A stretch of DNA of 51,915 nucleotides from Firmicutes bacterium UBA995 (GTDB lineage Bacteria > Bacillota > Sulfobacillia > UBA995). The notes beneath the pieces were generated by a model. It did no database searches. It was not told where the DNA came from and saw only the letters and a program-made list of their open reading frames with translations. The DNA lies in NCBI GenBank assembly GCA_002291985.1, contig DBBB01000119.1, forward strand, positions 1 through 51,915, written 5' to 3'. A program made the position numbers and the translations under genes. Shown here piece after piece: positions 1-9,264 of this stretch (its first letter is position 1; the number at the start of each line of letters is the position of its first letter).

Positions 1-1010
1 ATGGGGTCTTGGCGCGAGGGGCGGCGTGGGCGGTGGAACGGGTGGGAGGCGACCCGGGGGGGCTCGACTTCATCGAAGAGCGGGGGATGCTGGCCGGCGC
101 CGACCCGGCGAAGGTGAGCCGCAAGGCGAAGGAGCGGGGTAAAGACCAGCTCGGCACGCTCGGCTCGGGGAACCACTTCGTAGAGTTACAGGTGGTAGAG
201 GAAGTATATCACCGCCAAGCGGCCGAGGCGTACGGTCTCGATAGCGGGAGAGTCCTTTTAATGATCCATTCCGGTTCCCGGGGACTGGGGCACCAGGTCT
301 GCACGGACTACCTTGCGGTGATGAACCAGGCGGTCGTCCGCCACGGGATCGACTTGCCGGATCGCCAGCTCGCATGCGCGCCGGCCGCCTCCGATGAAGG
401 CCGCAGCTACTTTGCCGCCATGGCGGCTGCCGCGAACTTCGGCTGGGCCAACCGTTATTTGCTGGGTCATCTCGCGCAGATGGCGATGGCCCGCGCCCTG
501 GATGCCACCCCGCCCCGGCTGGGGATGCGCCTGCTATACGACCTCGGACACAACATCGTCAAGCCGGAAGAGCACCTGGTATCAGGGAAAACGAAGAAGT
601 TATGGGTCCATCGCAAGGGCGCGACCCGCGCTTTCGGCCCCGGCGACCACCGGGTGAACGAAGCCTACCGCGCGGTCGGCCAGCCGGTGCTGGTGCCGGG
701 AGATATGGGGAGTCACTCGTACGTGCTGGTAGGGACGGAGGTGGCCATGACCGAGACTTTCGGGTCGAGTTGCCACGGTGCGGGCAGGCAACTCAGCAGG
801 ACGGCAGCGAAGCGGGCCGTTCGCGGGGAGGAACTGCGGCGTCGGCTGGAGGCGGCGGGCATCGCCGTCCGCGCCCGGTCGCTGGGCGATCTTGGCGAGG
901 AAGCCCCCGAAGCGTACAAGGACGTGTCCCGGGTAGTGGAAGTCACGGAGCAGGCGGGAATCTCCCGGCGGGTGGCTCGCCTGCGCCCGCTTGGCGTGAT
1001 GAAAGGTTGA
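1..1010 (+). CDS. rtcB: RNA-splicing ligase RtcB, C-terminal ~335 aa; 5' end lies outside the window
   Basis: The ORF is open from the window edge. RtcB signature segments are present: GSGNHFVELQ, HSGSRGLGHQV, SSCHGAGR. There is no credible start context at 9. Confidence 0.85.
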   Translation, partial: GVLARGAAWAVERVGGDPGGLDFIEERGMLAGADPAKVSRKAKERGKDQLGTLGSGNHFVELQVVEEVYHRQAAEAYGLDSGRVLLMIHSGSRGLGHQVCTDYLAVMNQAVVRHGIDLPDRQLACAPAASDEGRSYFAAMAAAANFGWANRYLLGHLAQMAMARALDATPPRLGMRLLYDLGHNIVKPEEHLVSGKTKKLWVHRKGATRAFGPGDHRVNEAYRAVGQPVLVPGDMGSHSYVLVGTEVAMTETFGSSCHGAGRQLSRTAAKRAVRGEELRRRLEAAGIAVRARSLGDLGEEAPEAYKDVSRVVEVTEQAGISRRVARLRPLGVMKG

Positions 1011-1049
1011 CCGGCATGCGAGCAGCAAGAGAAGCGGGGAGGGACGGCG

Positions 1050-1859
1050 ATGAACGGGCCACTGGCGGAGATCGGCATTTTTGGCGGCTCGGGCTTCTAC
1101 TCGTTCCTGCAGGATGTGCGGGAGGTGAAGGTGGACACCCCTTACGGAGCGCCGAGCGACCGGATCGCCCTCGCGGAACTGGGGGGACGCCGGGTCGCGT
1201 TCCTGCCGCGCCATGGCAAGGATCACCAGTTGCCGCCCCATCGCATCCCCTATCGCGCCAACCTCTGGGCCATGCGAGAGCTGGGAGTAACCCGGGTGAT
1301 CGGTCCCTGTGCCGCCGGCAGCCTGCAAGCTGATGTGTGCCCCGGCGACCTGGTGATCGCCGACCAGTTCGTGGACCGCACGTCGGGCCGAAGCGATACC
1401 TACCACGACGGGCCCCTTACCGTCCATGCGAGCCTGGCGGACCCCTATTGCCCCGAGTTGCGGTCGCTGACCCCCGCAGTGTGCCGGGAACACGGTTTCC
1501 GGGTACACGAGTGCGGTACGGTGGTGGTGATCCAGGGACCCCGCTTCTCCACCCGGGCGGAGAGCCGGTGGTTTGCGTCGCTGGGGTGGCAAGTGATAAA
1601 CATGACCCAGTACCCGGAAGTGGCGCTGGCCCGGGAACTGAATCTGTGTTACCTCAACATCTCGCTGATCACCGACTACGACGTGGGGGTCGAGGGTCGT
1701 CCTGACGTCAAGGCGGTGACGGCCGAGGAAGTCCTCCGGGTCTTCCGGGCCAACAACGAGCGACTGCGGGCGGTCCTCGCGTCGCTGGTGGGCCTGATCC
1801 CCCATGCCCGGGGCTGCGGGTGCGCCGACACCGTGGCCCAGGGCCGCTTCTCGGAGTGA
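1050..1859 (+). CDS. mtnP: S-methyl-5'-thioadenosine phosphorylase
   Basis: 269-aa ORF with GGGAGGG just upstream. MTA/purine nucleoside phosphorylase motifs: IGIFGGSGFY, FLPRHG, ANLWAMRELGV. Adjacent to mtnA. Confidence 0.85.
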   Translation: MNGPLAEIGIFGGSGFYSFLQDVREVKVDTPYGAPSDRIALAELGGRRVAFLPRHGKDHQLPPHRIPYRANLWAMRELGVTRVIGPCAAGSLQADVCPGDLVIADQFVDRTSGRSDTYHDGPLTVHASLADPYCPELRSLTPAVCREHGFRVHECGTVVVIQGPRFSTRAESRWFASLGWQVINMTQYPEVALARELNLCYLNISLITDYDVGVEGRPDVKAVTAEEVLRVFRANNERLRAVLASLVGLIPHARGCGCADTVAQGRFSE

Positions 1860-1862
1860 GGC

Positions 1863-2900
1863 GTGGCAAAGCCACCTGACCTCACGCCCTTGCGCCTCGC
1901 CGAGGATCGGCTGGAGTTGCTCGACCAGCGCAAGCTGCCGGGCGCCGAGGAGTGGGTCGTCTGCCGGGATGCCGACGAGGTAGCCCGGGCGATCGAGGAG
2001 ATGGTTGTCCGGGGGGCGCCCGCCATCGGGATCGCCGCCGCGCAGGGTCTGTACCTCGGGTGCCGGCGACTGGGCGCACGGGGGCGCGACGCCGCGGCGC
2101 GCGACCGGATTCGGTCCCGACTGGCCGGCACGCGGCCGACGGCCCGTAACCTGTTCTGGGCGCTCGAGCGCATGGAAGGGGCGGCCCGGGACCATGGTCA
2201 TCTGCCGTCCGGGGAGTTCCTCCGGCGGTTGCAGGCGGAGGCGGAAGCGATACGGCAGGAAGACGTGACGGCTAATCGGGCCCTCGCCCAGCACGGCGAG
2301 CAGTTGGTGGCCGCCGGCGCCCGCATCCTGACCCACTGCAATGCGGGAGCGCTCGCTACCGGCGGGTACGGCACCGCCCTCGGCGTGGTACGGCGCGCCC
2401 ACGAGGTGGGGAAAGGGCCGGTAGTGCTGGCTTGCGAGACCAGGCCCTTGTTGCAGGGCGCCCGCCTCACCGCCTGGGAACTCGCCCGCGATGGGATACC
2501 GGTGACGCTGATCACGGACGGCATGGCGGCACATTTCATGGGCCGGCAACAAGTGGACGTGGTGCTGGTGGGCGCGGACCGCATTGCCGCCAACGGCGAC
2601 ACCGCGAACAAGGTCGGCACTTACGGGCTGGCCATGCTCGCGGCGGCTCACGGTATACCCTTCCTGGTGGCCGCGCCCACCTCGACCCTGGATGCGGCGC
2701 TCGCTGACGGGGCAGGAGTGGTCATCGAACACCGCCACCCGGCCGAGGTGTTGAGCGTGGCGGGCATACGCGTTGCGCCGGCAGGGGTGCCGGCCGCCAA
2801 CCCCGCTTTTGATGTGACGCCCCACCGCTACATCTCCGCCATCATCACCGAACGGGGAGTCCACCGGCCGCCTTTCGGGCGATCGCTGGCCGGGGAATGA
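1863..2900 (+). CDS. mtnA: methylthioribose-1-phosphate isomerase
   Basis: GTG start 4 nt after the mtnP stop. Motifs: LLDQRKLP, VRGAPAIGIAAA, THCNAGALAT, GADRIAANGDTANKVGTY. Confidence 0.85.
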   Translation: MAKPPDLTPLRLAEDRLELLDQRKLPGAEEWVVCRDADEVARAIEEMVVRGAPAIGIAAAQGLYLGCRRLGARGRDAAARDRIRSRLAGTRPTARNLFWALERMEGAARDHGHLPSGEFLRRLQAEAEAIRQEDVTANRALAQHGEQLVAAGARILTHCNAGALATGGYGTALGVVRRAHEVGKGPVVLACETRPLLQGARLTAWELARDGIPVTLITDGMAAHFMGRQQVDVVLVGADRIAANGDTANKVGTYGLAMLAAAHGIPFLVAAPTSTLDAALADGAGVVIEHRHPAEVLSVAGIRVAPAGVPAANPAFDVTPHRYISAIITERGVHRPPFGRSLAGE

Positions 2901-2915
2901 GGAGGGAAGTTGGCC

Positions 2916-3686
2916 ATGAATAGTTTGCCGGCGAGAGTGATCCGGCCCCGGGTTGGCTCAGCGGGGCTGCCCGAGGAACGGGCGCCCTTCTACTCCCGGG
3001 TGAACGTGACCGAGGTGCAGGACACGTTTTACCATCCTTTGCCCTTGCGGACGGCCCACACTCTGCGCCGGGAAGCGCCGCCGGCCTTCGAGTTCGCCAT
3101 CAGGGCGTGGCTCTTGATCACTCATGACCCGGGTCATCCCAACTACCGCCACCTGCGCTTCGCCTTGCCGGAGGAACGCAAGGCGGCCTTCGGCTCCTTC
3201 CGCGACACGGACGAGGTGTGGGCGGCTTGGGCCAAGACGGACGAAGTGGCGCAAGCATTGCGCGCACGGGCCGTCTTGTTTCGGACCCCCGGGGCTTTCA
3301 AGCCGACGGCCGAGAATATCGGCAACCTGCGCCGGTTCTTCGGGCGCCTCGATCGTCGGGACTATCTTTTGGCCTGGGAACCCCGGGGAAACTGGCCGGC
3401 GGAAGTCCTGGCTACGGTGTGCGCCGAACTCGACCTGACCCACGTGGTGGATCCCTTCGTCGCGCGTTCGCGCTATGGCCGCCGCCGCTACTTCCGACTG
3501 AACGGCATGGGCGAGGAACGCCGGCGATATAGCGACGAGGAGCTAGATAAGCTGGCTGCGCTGCTCCGAAAATACCCGGGTGCGTACTGCATTTTCTCGA
3601 ACCACCATCGCTTCGAGGATGCACCCCGTCTTGCCGAGCGCCTGGCCGGGGCGCCGCCGCCTACGGGCAGTGCCGGCCCTACCTGA
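2916..3686 (+). CDS. DUF72 (YecE-like) family protein
   Basis: ATG 2916 lies 9 nt after GGAGGG; TTG 2910 is also in frame. The pattern F..VNVTEVQDTFYHPLP...FEFAIRAW..ITH resembles the DUF72 N-terminus. Confidence 0.65.
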   Translation: MNSLPARVIRPRVGSAGLPEERAPFYSRVNVTEVQDTFYHPLPLRTAHTLRREAPPAFEFAIRAWLLITHDPGHPNYRHLRFALPEERKAAFGSFRDTDEVWAAWAKTDEVAQALRARAVLFRTPGAFKPTAENIGNLRRFFGRLDRRDYLLAWEPRGNWPAEVLATVCAELDLTHVVDPFVARSRYGRRRYFRLNGMGEERRRYSDEELDKLAALLRKYPGAYCIFSNHHRFEDAPRLAERLAGAPPPTGSAGPT

Positions 3687-3780
3687 TCGGATCTCACCTG
3701 TGGGGTTGGGAGGGACGCGAGGCTTTGGCAGGTGCCCCGTCACCGGCGGTCGTGCTATACTTGGCTCGAGGGCGGCCCGG

Positions 3781-3871
3781 GGAAGGGTGGCAGAGTGGTC
3801 GATTGCGGCGGTCTTGAAAACCGCTGAGGGTGTGATGCCCTCCGTGGGTTCGAATCCCACCCCTTCCGCCA
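3781..3871 (+). tRNA. tRNA-Ser (anticodon UGA)
   Basis: Acceptor GGAAGGG/CCCTTCC, anticodon loop CU-UGA-AA, long variable arm, T-loop GGTTCGAATCC, discriminator G plus encoded CCA. Confidence 0.9.
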
Positions 3872-3991
3872 TTGCCTGCCCTTGCCGGGCGGGCGGCCTG
3901 TGTGTTGCCAGACAGGCGACGAGCCGCTTCACAGCGACGGGTCGTTCGCTTGTGCCCACATTAACCGTATGCTATCATAGTAGGCGAACGC

Positions 3992-4085
3992 GGAGGGATA
4001 CCCAAGCGGCTGAAGGGGCGGGTTTGCTAAACCTGTAGTAGGGCGTTTAGCTCTAGCGAGGGTTCAAATCCCTCTCCCTCCGCCA
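3992..4085 (+). tRNA. tRNA-Ser (anticodon GCU)
   Basis: Acceptor GGAGGGA/TCCCTCC, anticodon loop UU-GCU-AA, long variable arm, T-loop GGTTCAAATCC, encoded CCA. Confidence 0.9.
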
Positions 4086-4089
4086 ATTC

Positions 4090-4166
4090 GCGCCCGTAGC
4101 TCAGTGGATGAGAGCGACTGACTACGGATCAGTAGGTCGGGGGTTCAAATCCTCCCGGGCGCGCCA
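4090..4166 (+). tRNA. tRNA-Arg (anticodon ACG)
   Basis: Acceptor GCGCCCG/CGGGCGC, D-arm TAGCTCAGTGGA, anticodon stem ACTGA/TCAGT with loop CU-ACG-GA, encoded CCA. Confidence 0.9.
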
Positions 4167-4175
4167 GCAGTCAAG

Positions 4176-4215
4176 GCCGGGGCGAGAGCAAGTCTCGGCC
4201 CCGGCTTATAAGTTT
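4176..4215 (+). terminator. GC-rich hairpin followed by TTATAAGTTT, between the two tRNA-Arg genes
   Basis: GCCGGGGCGAGA (4176-4187) pairs with TCTCG(G)GCCCCGGC (4193-4205) with a one-base bulge. An A/T-rich tail follows. Confidence 0.35.
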
Positions 4216-4291
4216 GCGCCCGTAGCTCAGGGGATAGAGCAGCGGTTTCCTAAACCGCGTGCCGCAGGTTCGACTCCTGCCGGGCGCACCA
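4216..4291 (+). tRNA. tRNA-Arg (anticodon CCU)
   Basis: Acceptor GCGCCCG/CGGGCGC, anticodon stem GCGGT/ACCGC with loop UU-CCU-AA, T-loop GGTTCGACTCC, encoded CCA. Confidence 0.9.
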
Positions 4292-4445
4292 ATAACGACC
4301 CAGCATAGAGGCTACCCCTGCGCCAGATGCTGGAAGCGATAGGGTGAGAGAAGGCCCCCTGCCGGAAACTAGATAAAGGGAGTCCAGAAACACCCTGCCC
4401 GGGGCGCAGAGCCCCGGGTCCGTCCGTCGGGGTGGGAAGCTTGCC

Positions 4446-4474
4446 TTGACTGCACCCCGCGCGTGCAGTACACT
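4446..4474 (+). promoter_or_regulatory. candidate sigma-A type promoter of the thiamine operon
   Basis: TTGACT (4446-4451), a 17-nt spacer, then TACACT (4469-4474), about 20 nt upstream of the THI-box. Confidence 0.4.
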
Positions 4475-4489
4475 GGCATCAAAACAGGA

Positions 4490-4585
4490 TAGGCCAAGGC
4501 GGTGGGGGTGCTGGCGCTGGCCGGCTGAGACGGGGCTGACCCGAACCCCTCGAACCTGAAGTGGGTAATGCCAGCGGAGGGAACT
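4490..4585 (+). promoter_or_regulatory. TPP (THI-box) riboswitch aptamer
   Basis: Conserved THI-box blocks appear in order: GGGGUGC, CUGAGA, ACCC, GAACCUGA, GGUAAUGCCAGCG, AGGGAA. It lies directly upstream of thiC. Confidence 0.85.
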
Positions 4586-4601
4586 GCCGTAAGTCACAGC
4601 C

Positions 4602-4630
4602 GGCCGCGCCTTCAGGGTCGCGGCCTTTGT
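4602..4630 (+). terminator. riboswitch expression-platform terminator
   Basis: GGCCGCG (4602-4608) pairs with CGCGGCC (4619-4625), followed by TTTGT. It lies between the aptamer and the thiC start. Confidence 0.55.
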
Positions 4631-4711
4631 CATCAAGGGCCCTTGCGAACCCGTCTCCCGCCGCCACCCGCCCACCGAATCACCTTTCGTTGTTCCTCAT
4701 CTGGGGGTGAG

Positions 4712-6012
4712 ATGATGCAAGTGAAAGCGGCCAGGAGCGGCCGGGCAACCGGGGAGATGACAGCCGTCGCCCTTGCCGAAGGCGTCGAAGTGGATGCAGT
4801 GATCGAGGGCGTTGCCTCGGGAGAGATGGTCATTCTTCACAGCGCGGCCCGGAGTCACGGCGTTCCTGTCGGCATCGGCAAGGGGCTGCGGACAAAGGTG
4901 AACGCGAACGTCGGTACCTCCGAGCAGCGTTCCTCACTGGAGGAGGAACTGGAGAAGACCCACGCCGCGGTCGACGCCGGCGCGGACACCATCATGGATC
5001 TCAGCACCGGTGGGGACCTCAGGGCCATACGCGGCGCCCTCCTCGACGCAGTGAGCGTGCCCCTGGGAACTGTGCCCATCTACCAGGCTGCGTTTGAGGC
5101 CCGGGAGCGGCGCGGCAGCATCGCCGGGATGCGGGTTGACGACCTCTTCTCGGTCATCGAGGAGCAGGCCCGCGAGGGCGTCGACTTCATGACGCTGCAC
5201 TGCGGCGTCACGCGCCATGTGTTGGAGCACCTGCGGCGGAGCGGGAGACAAGCCGGAATCGTCAGCCGGGGGGGCGCCCTGCTTGCCGGGTGGATGCTCC
5301 ATAACGACGCCGAGAATCCCCTCTACGAGCACTACGACCATCTGCTGGAGCTGCTCGCCGGCCATGGTGTCACCATCAGCCTCGGTGATGCGCTGAGACC
5401 GGGGTGCATCGCCGACGCCACAGACCCGGCGCAGGTCGGCGAGATGCTGGTGCTGGGCGAGTTCGTGCTCCGGGCCCGGGAAGCCGGGTGCAGGTGATGG
5501 TGGAGGGGCCGGGGCATGTGCCTCTCGATCAGGTCGAGGCGAACGTGCTGCTGGAGAAAAGGACCTGCCACGGAGCCCCCTTCTATGTGCTGGGCCCCCT
5601 TGTCACCGATGTCGCGCCGGGCTACGACCACATCGCCGGGGCCATCGGGGGCGCGGTAGCCGCAGCCGCCGGGGCCGACTTCCTCTGCTACCTGACCCCT
5701 GCCGAGCACCTGGGACTCCCCGACCGGGGGGATGTGCGGGAGGGTGTCATCGCATCGCGGATCGCCGCCCACGCCGGTGACCTGGTGAAGAGGAGGAAAG
5801 TGACTCAGGCCTGGGATCGGGACATGACCGCGGCCAGGGTCAGGATGGACTGGGAAAGCCAGCTCAGCCTGGCCATGGACCCGGTCCGGGCCCGGCGTTA
5901 CCGGTCCGACCGCACCGGCGACCGGCCCGGTCCCTGCAGCATGTGCGGCAGCCTGTGCGCCATCGAACTCGTGAAGCAGTTCCTGGGAGGGGAGGTGGAG
6001 CGGTGCGAGTAG
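4712..6012 (+). pseudogene. thiC: phosphomethylpyrimidine synthase ThiC, interrupted by a 1-nt frameshift at the GGG run 5486-5488 (true pseudogene or homopolymer sequencing error)
   Basis: ATG 4712 follows GGGGGTGA. Frame A carries [38 protein letters not shown] and stops at 5495-5497. Frame B, from 5488, carries [28 protein letters not shown] and CSMCGSLC. Together they give a ~435-aa short-form ThiC. Confidence 0.8.
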
Positions 6013-6848
6013 CGAGGGCGCTGACCGTGGCGGGGTCCGACAGCGGTGGGGGAGCCGGCATACAGGCGGACCTCAAGGTCTTCACGTCCCTGGCGGTCTA
6101 CGGCATGAGCGCGGTAACGGCGGTCACTTCCCAGAACACCTTGGGTGTCAGGCGGATAGACGTCCTCACCCCCGAAGCGGTTGTGGCCCAGGTGGAAGCC
6201 TGCCTGGACGACATTGGCATCGACGCGGCCAAGACCGGCATGTTGCACGGCGCGGCCATCGTGGAGGCCGTGGCCGACGTGTTCCGCCGCTACCGGGTGA
6301 AGAACCTGGTGGTCGACCCGGTGATGGTGGCCAAGAGCGGCGACGAGTTGCTTCAGCCCGATGCCCGCGAGAGACTCCGGAAATGCCTGCTCCCCCTGGC
6401 GCGGGTTGCCACGCCCAACCTGCACGAGGCCCGGGATATCATCGGAGGACCGGTCAATGGCTTCGAGGGCATGAAGGACGCGGCGAGGCAGATAGCCGAC
6501 CTGGGAGTCGAGGTGGTCGTCGTGAAGGGAGGCCATCTCGGAGGCAGCCCCCTGGACGTGGTGTTCGATGGACAGGCCTTTCATACCCTGCCGGGAGAGA
6601 GACTGCCCACCCGCAACACCCACGGCACCGGGTGCACCTTCTCGGCGGCCATCACCGGTGGCCTGGCCAAGGGGCTTGAGATTCGGGAAGCCATAGAGCG
6701 GGCCAAGGAACTCGTCACCTGGGGAATCGCCAACGGTTTGCCGATCGGTGGGGGTTACCGGCCCACCAACCACTTTTACTTTCAGATGCCCCATGGACCC
6801 GCCGGGGGGCGAGTGTCCCGGCAGGGCCAGCGGCACGTGGAGGAATGA
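6003..6848 (+). CDS. thiD: hydroxymethylpyrimidine/phosphomethylpyrimidine kinase
   Basis: GTG 6003 overlaps the thiC stop and has a GGAGGTGGAG SD upstream. Motifs: [44 protein letters not shown]. Confidence 0.85.
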   Translation: MRVARALTVAGSDSGGGAGIQADLKVFTSLAVYGMSAVTAVTSQNTLGVRRIDVLTPEAVVAQVEACLDDIGIDAAKTGMLHGAAIVEAVADVFRRYRVKNLVVDPVMVAKSGDELLQPDARERLRKCLLPLARVATPNLHEARDIIGGPVNGFEGMKDAARQIADLGVEVVVVKGGHLGGSPLDVVFDGQAFHTLPGERLPTRNTHGTGCTFSAAITGGLAKGLEIREAIERAKELVTWGIANGLPIGGGYRPTNHFYFQMPHGPAGGRVSRQGQRHVEE

Positions 6849-6851
6849 GAC

Positions 6852-7661
6852 GTGAAGATCACCGGTGTCCAGCTGAAGACCCTGAGAGAGAAGACCCCCC
6901 TGGTGCACCACATCACCAACTGGGTGGTCACCAATTTCACCGCCAACGTCACCCTGGCCCTGGGCGCGTCCCCGGTGATGGCCCACGCCCTGGAGGAAGT
7001 GGAAGACCTGGCCCGCACCGCCAACGCACTCGTGCTCAACATCGGTACTCTCACCCTGCCGGTGGTGGAAGCGATGGTCCGGGCCGGACGGGCCGCGAAC
7101 GACGTGGGCATACCGGTAATCCTGGACCCGGTGGGTACCGGCGCCACCAGGCTCCGCACCGAGACAACCGCCCGCATCCTCCGGGAGGTCAAGGTGGACA
7201 TACTTCGGGGCAACCTCTCGGAGATAGCCAGTACCGCCGGTGAAGAGGCCCGGATCCGCGGCGTGGACTCGGTGGCCGGCGGTATCGACCCCTCAGCGCT
7301 GGCCCCCGCGCTGGCGCGGCGCCTGGGCTGCACCGTGGTGGTGACCGGGCCCGTGGACCACATCAGCGACGGACACGTGCTGTACAAGGTCAGGAACGGT
7401 CATCCCCTCCTCGGCCGGGTGACCGGCACCGGGTGCGCCGCGACGGCGGTCGTTGGGGTCTTTGCCGCCGTGGACAGGGACTTCCCCCTGGCCAGCGCGG
7501 CTGCCCTTGCCTTCTTCGGGCTGGCTGCGGAACGCGCCGCCGTAGGCGATCCCGGCCCCGGCACCTTCGCTTCCCGGCTGCTCGACGAACTCCATCGCCT
7601 GACACCGGCCGACGTGGAAGCGGGAGCCCGGGTGGACGCCGGGGAAGTGGAGAAGAACTGA
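6852..7661 (+). CDS. thiM: hydroxyethylthiazole kinase
   Basis: GTG start 4 nt after the thiD stop. N-terminal VHHITNWVVTNFTANVTLALGASPVMA is typical of ThiM. Confidence 0.85.
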   Translation: MKITGVQLKTLREKTPLVHHITNWVVTNFTANVTLALGASPVMAHALEEVEDLARTANALVLNIGTLTLPVVEAMVRAGRAANDVGIPVILDPVGTGATRLRTETTARILREVKVDILRGNLSEIASTAGEEARIRGVDSVAGGIDPSALAPALARRLGCTVVVTGPVDHISDGHVLYKVRNGHPLLGRVTGTGCAATAVVGVFAAVDRDFPLASAAALAFFGLAAERAAVGDPGPGTFASRLLDELHRLTPADVEAGARVDAGEVEKN

Positions 7662-7662
7662 A

Positions 7663-8307
7663 ATGGCGCGGGATCTCCGGAAGGACCTGCGTCTCTACCT
7701 GGTCACCGACCGGAACCTCGCCCGTGGCCGTTCCGAGCTGGAGATCGTGCGCCGGGCCGGGGCTGGCGGCATCACCGCCGTGCAACTCCGGGGCAAGGAG
7801 ATGACTTCACGCGAACTCTACCACACGGGGCTCGCGCTCCGCCAGCTCACAGCCGACCTGGGGATCCTCTTTATCGTCAACGACCGCCTGGACATAGCCC
7901 TGGCCGTGGGTGCGGACGGGGTGCACCTGGGGCAGGAGGACTTGCCGGCAGCCGAGGCCAGGCGCCTGGCTCCGGACATGCTGCTGGGCGCCACCGTGGG
8001 CAATGCCGCCCAAGCGGTCGAGGCGGAAACCGCCGGCGTGGACTACCTCGGCACGGACGCCGTGTTCCCCACCGCCACCAAGACCTACGAGCGAGCACCC
8101 CTGGGCCTGGAGGGGCTACGCCTGGTGTGCGCCGCCACGAAGTTGCCCGTCGTGGCGATCGGGGGTATCAAGGCGGAGAACGCGGTGCAGGTGCTGAAAG
8201 CCGGGGCCGCCGGCGTGGCCGTGGTCTCGGGGGTCGTCTCCGCCCCGGACGTGACGGCGGCCACCTGCGAGTTCCGGCGGCAGATAGAAGGGGTTCTGCC
8301 TTGGTAA
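7663..8307 (+). CDS. thiE: thiamine-phosphate synthase
   Basis: ATG 2 nt after the thiM stop. Motifs: LYLVTD, VQLRGKE, FIVNDRLDIA, GVHLGQED, VVAIGGI. Confidence 0.85.
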   Translation: MARDLRKDLRLYLVTDRNLARGRSELEIVRRAGAGGITAVQLRGKEMTSRELYHTGLALRQLTADLGILFIVNDRLDIALAVGADGVHLGQEDLPAAEARRLAPDMLLGATVGNAAQAVEAETAGVDYLGTDAVFPTATKTYERAPLGLEGLRLVCAATKLPVVAIGGIKAENAVQVLKAGAAGVAVVSGVVSAPDVTAATCEFRRQIEGVLPW

Positions 8308-8514
8308 CCGGGGGGGAATTCGAACTCATCGAACGCCGGCGCCGGGAGAGGTATGCGCGGTCCTCCAGGTACGCGTCAACAATGCGGCACCCTTATGATC
8401 CCCAGTCCCGGGCGGCAAGTCCTGCCGTGCCCCTCCCGGCCCGCGATAGCGTCATTGTGCCTGGGGGCAACCCCTGGTTTTCACTATAGCCCACGAGGGT
8501 TGACCGGTCTACCG

Positions 8515-8790
8515 TCAGATAGGCGGCAGCCGAAGGCGCGATGGGCCTGGACAGGCCGAGTTGGCTACGGGGAGCGAACCCGGGAGAGCATGGCAAAACG
8601 GCCCGGCCATGTCGGCTGCATCCGCTTGATGGCACGGCGCGAAGCGCCCGTGCCATCGGGAAAGTGTACGGCGCGGCACACCATGAAGCAGGGTGCTCGC
8701 CGCCGCGGCCTGTGGATTGTCCGCAGCGATGTACTCGAAGATGTCCTCAAGCCAGCGTTGGGCCTCGAGCGTCCAGGCTATTTCTGCCAT
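8515..8790 (-). pseudogene. ParE/RelE-family toxin remnant (frameshifted)
   Basis: The first ~30 aa (MAEIAWTLEAQRWLEDIFEYIAADNPQAAA) look like a ParE N-terminus, and the rest of that frame does not. A second frame (8565-8750) carries ...HFPDGTG...GRFAMLSRV, resembling the ParE middle part. Confidence 0.4.
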
Positions 8791-8972
8791 GAGCGGATGC
8801 GGCGGCCCATGTCTTCATTCGACATCGTGCGCTTAGCATCCGAATCGGCGAGGCCGCGTTCAACCATGACGTGAAACGCGAGTTCACGGACGATCTCCTG
8901 CTGAAAACGCTGCCAAGAGGCGCGACGAAAGCGGCGACGGAATGCCCCGTGCCCTTTACTACCACCGTTCAC
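8778..8972 (-). CDS. possible antitoxin partner of the parE remnant
   Basis: Small ORF overlapping the parE-like start by 13 nt. The C-terminal ...VERGLADSDAKRTMSNEDMGRRIRSWQK resembles antitoxins paired with ParE-like toxins. The start codon is uncertain. Confidence 0.3.
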   Translation of the reverse strand: MNGGSKGHGAFRRRFRRASWQRFQQEIVRELAFHVMVERGLADSDAKRTMSNEDMGRRIRSWQK

Positions 8973-9018
8973 CGTAGTACACTATCTTGTAGTGGGCATG
9001 CAAGGAGGGTAAGACTAC

Positions 9019-9264
9019 ATGCTGCTGGTAACCATTTCTGAGAAGGGGCAGATCGCGATTCCCGTGTCCTTGCGCAGACAATACGGCCTGGAGAAAGGAG
9101 ATAGGCTGTCTGTGGAGGAAATCGATGGGAGCATCGTGCTGCGGCCGCTACCCCGGCACCCTCTCTTGGCCTTGAAGGGTAAACTGAGAAGTGCGGGCGG
9201 CGAGAGGCTCACGGACTTGTTGCTCAAGGAGCGTGCTGCGGACAGGGAGCGGGAGTACCGTTGA
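9019..9264 (+). CDS. vapB: AbrB/MazE/SpoVT-family antitoxin (VapB-like)
   Basis: AAGGAGGG SD 9-10 nt upstream. SpoVT/AbrB fold signature ISEKGQIAIPVSLRRQYGLEKGDRL. Overlaps the downstream PIN gene by 4 nt. Confidence 0.75.
   Translation: MLLVTISEKGQIAIPVSLRRQYGLEKGDRLSVEEIDGSIVLRPLPRHPLLALKGKLRSAGGERLTDLLLKERAADREREYR

Noticed and set aside
600-2864. A 754-aa ORF on the minus strand spanning rtcB, mtnP and mtnA.
   Set aside because: It lies antisense to three genes with unmistakable family motifs. Its product is Arg/Gly/Pro/Ala-rich low-complexity sequence with no recognisable motif. Long stop-free antisense frames are expected in GC-rich DNA.
3543-4308. ORFs 3543-3959(-), 3580-4038(+) and 4108-4308(+). 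Analogous ORFs occur at 13363-13575, 13394-13813, 46185-46412, 46319-46534 and 46374-46784.
   Set aside because: They consist largely of tRNA gene sequence read as protein (GFEPT/GSNPT-type peptides). The tRNA cloverleaves explain the region.
8353-8874. A 173-aa plus-strand ORF in the thiE-vapB gap.
   Set aside because: It has no SD and no motif, its composition is typical of GC-rich noise, and it overlaps the minus-strand ParE-like remnant, which at least has family resemblance.
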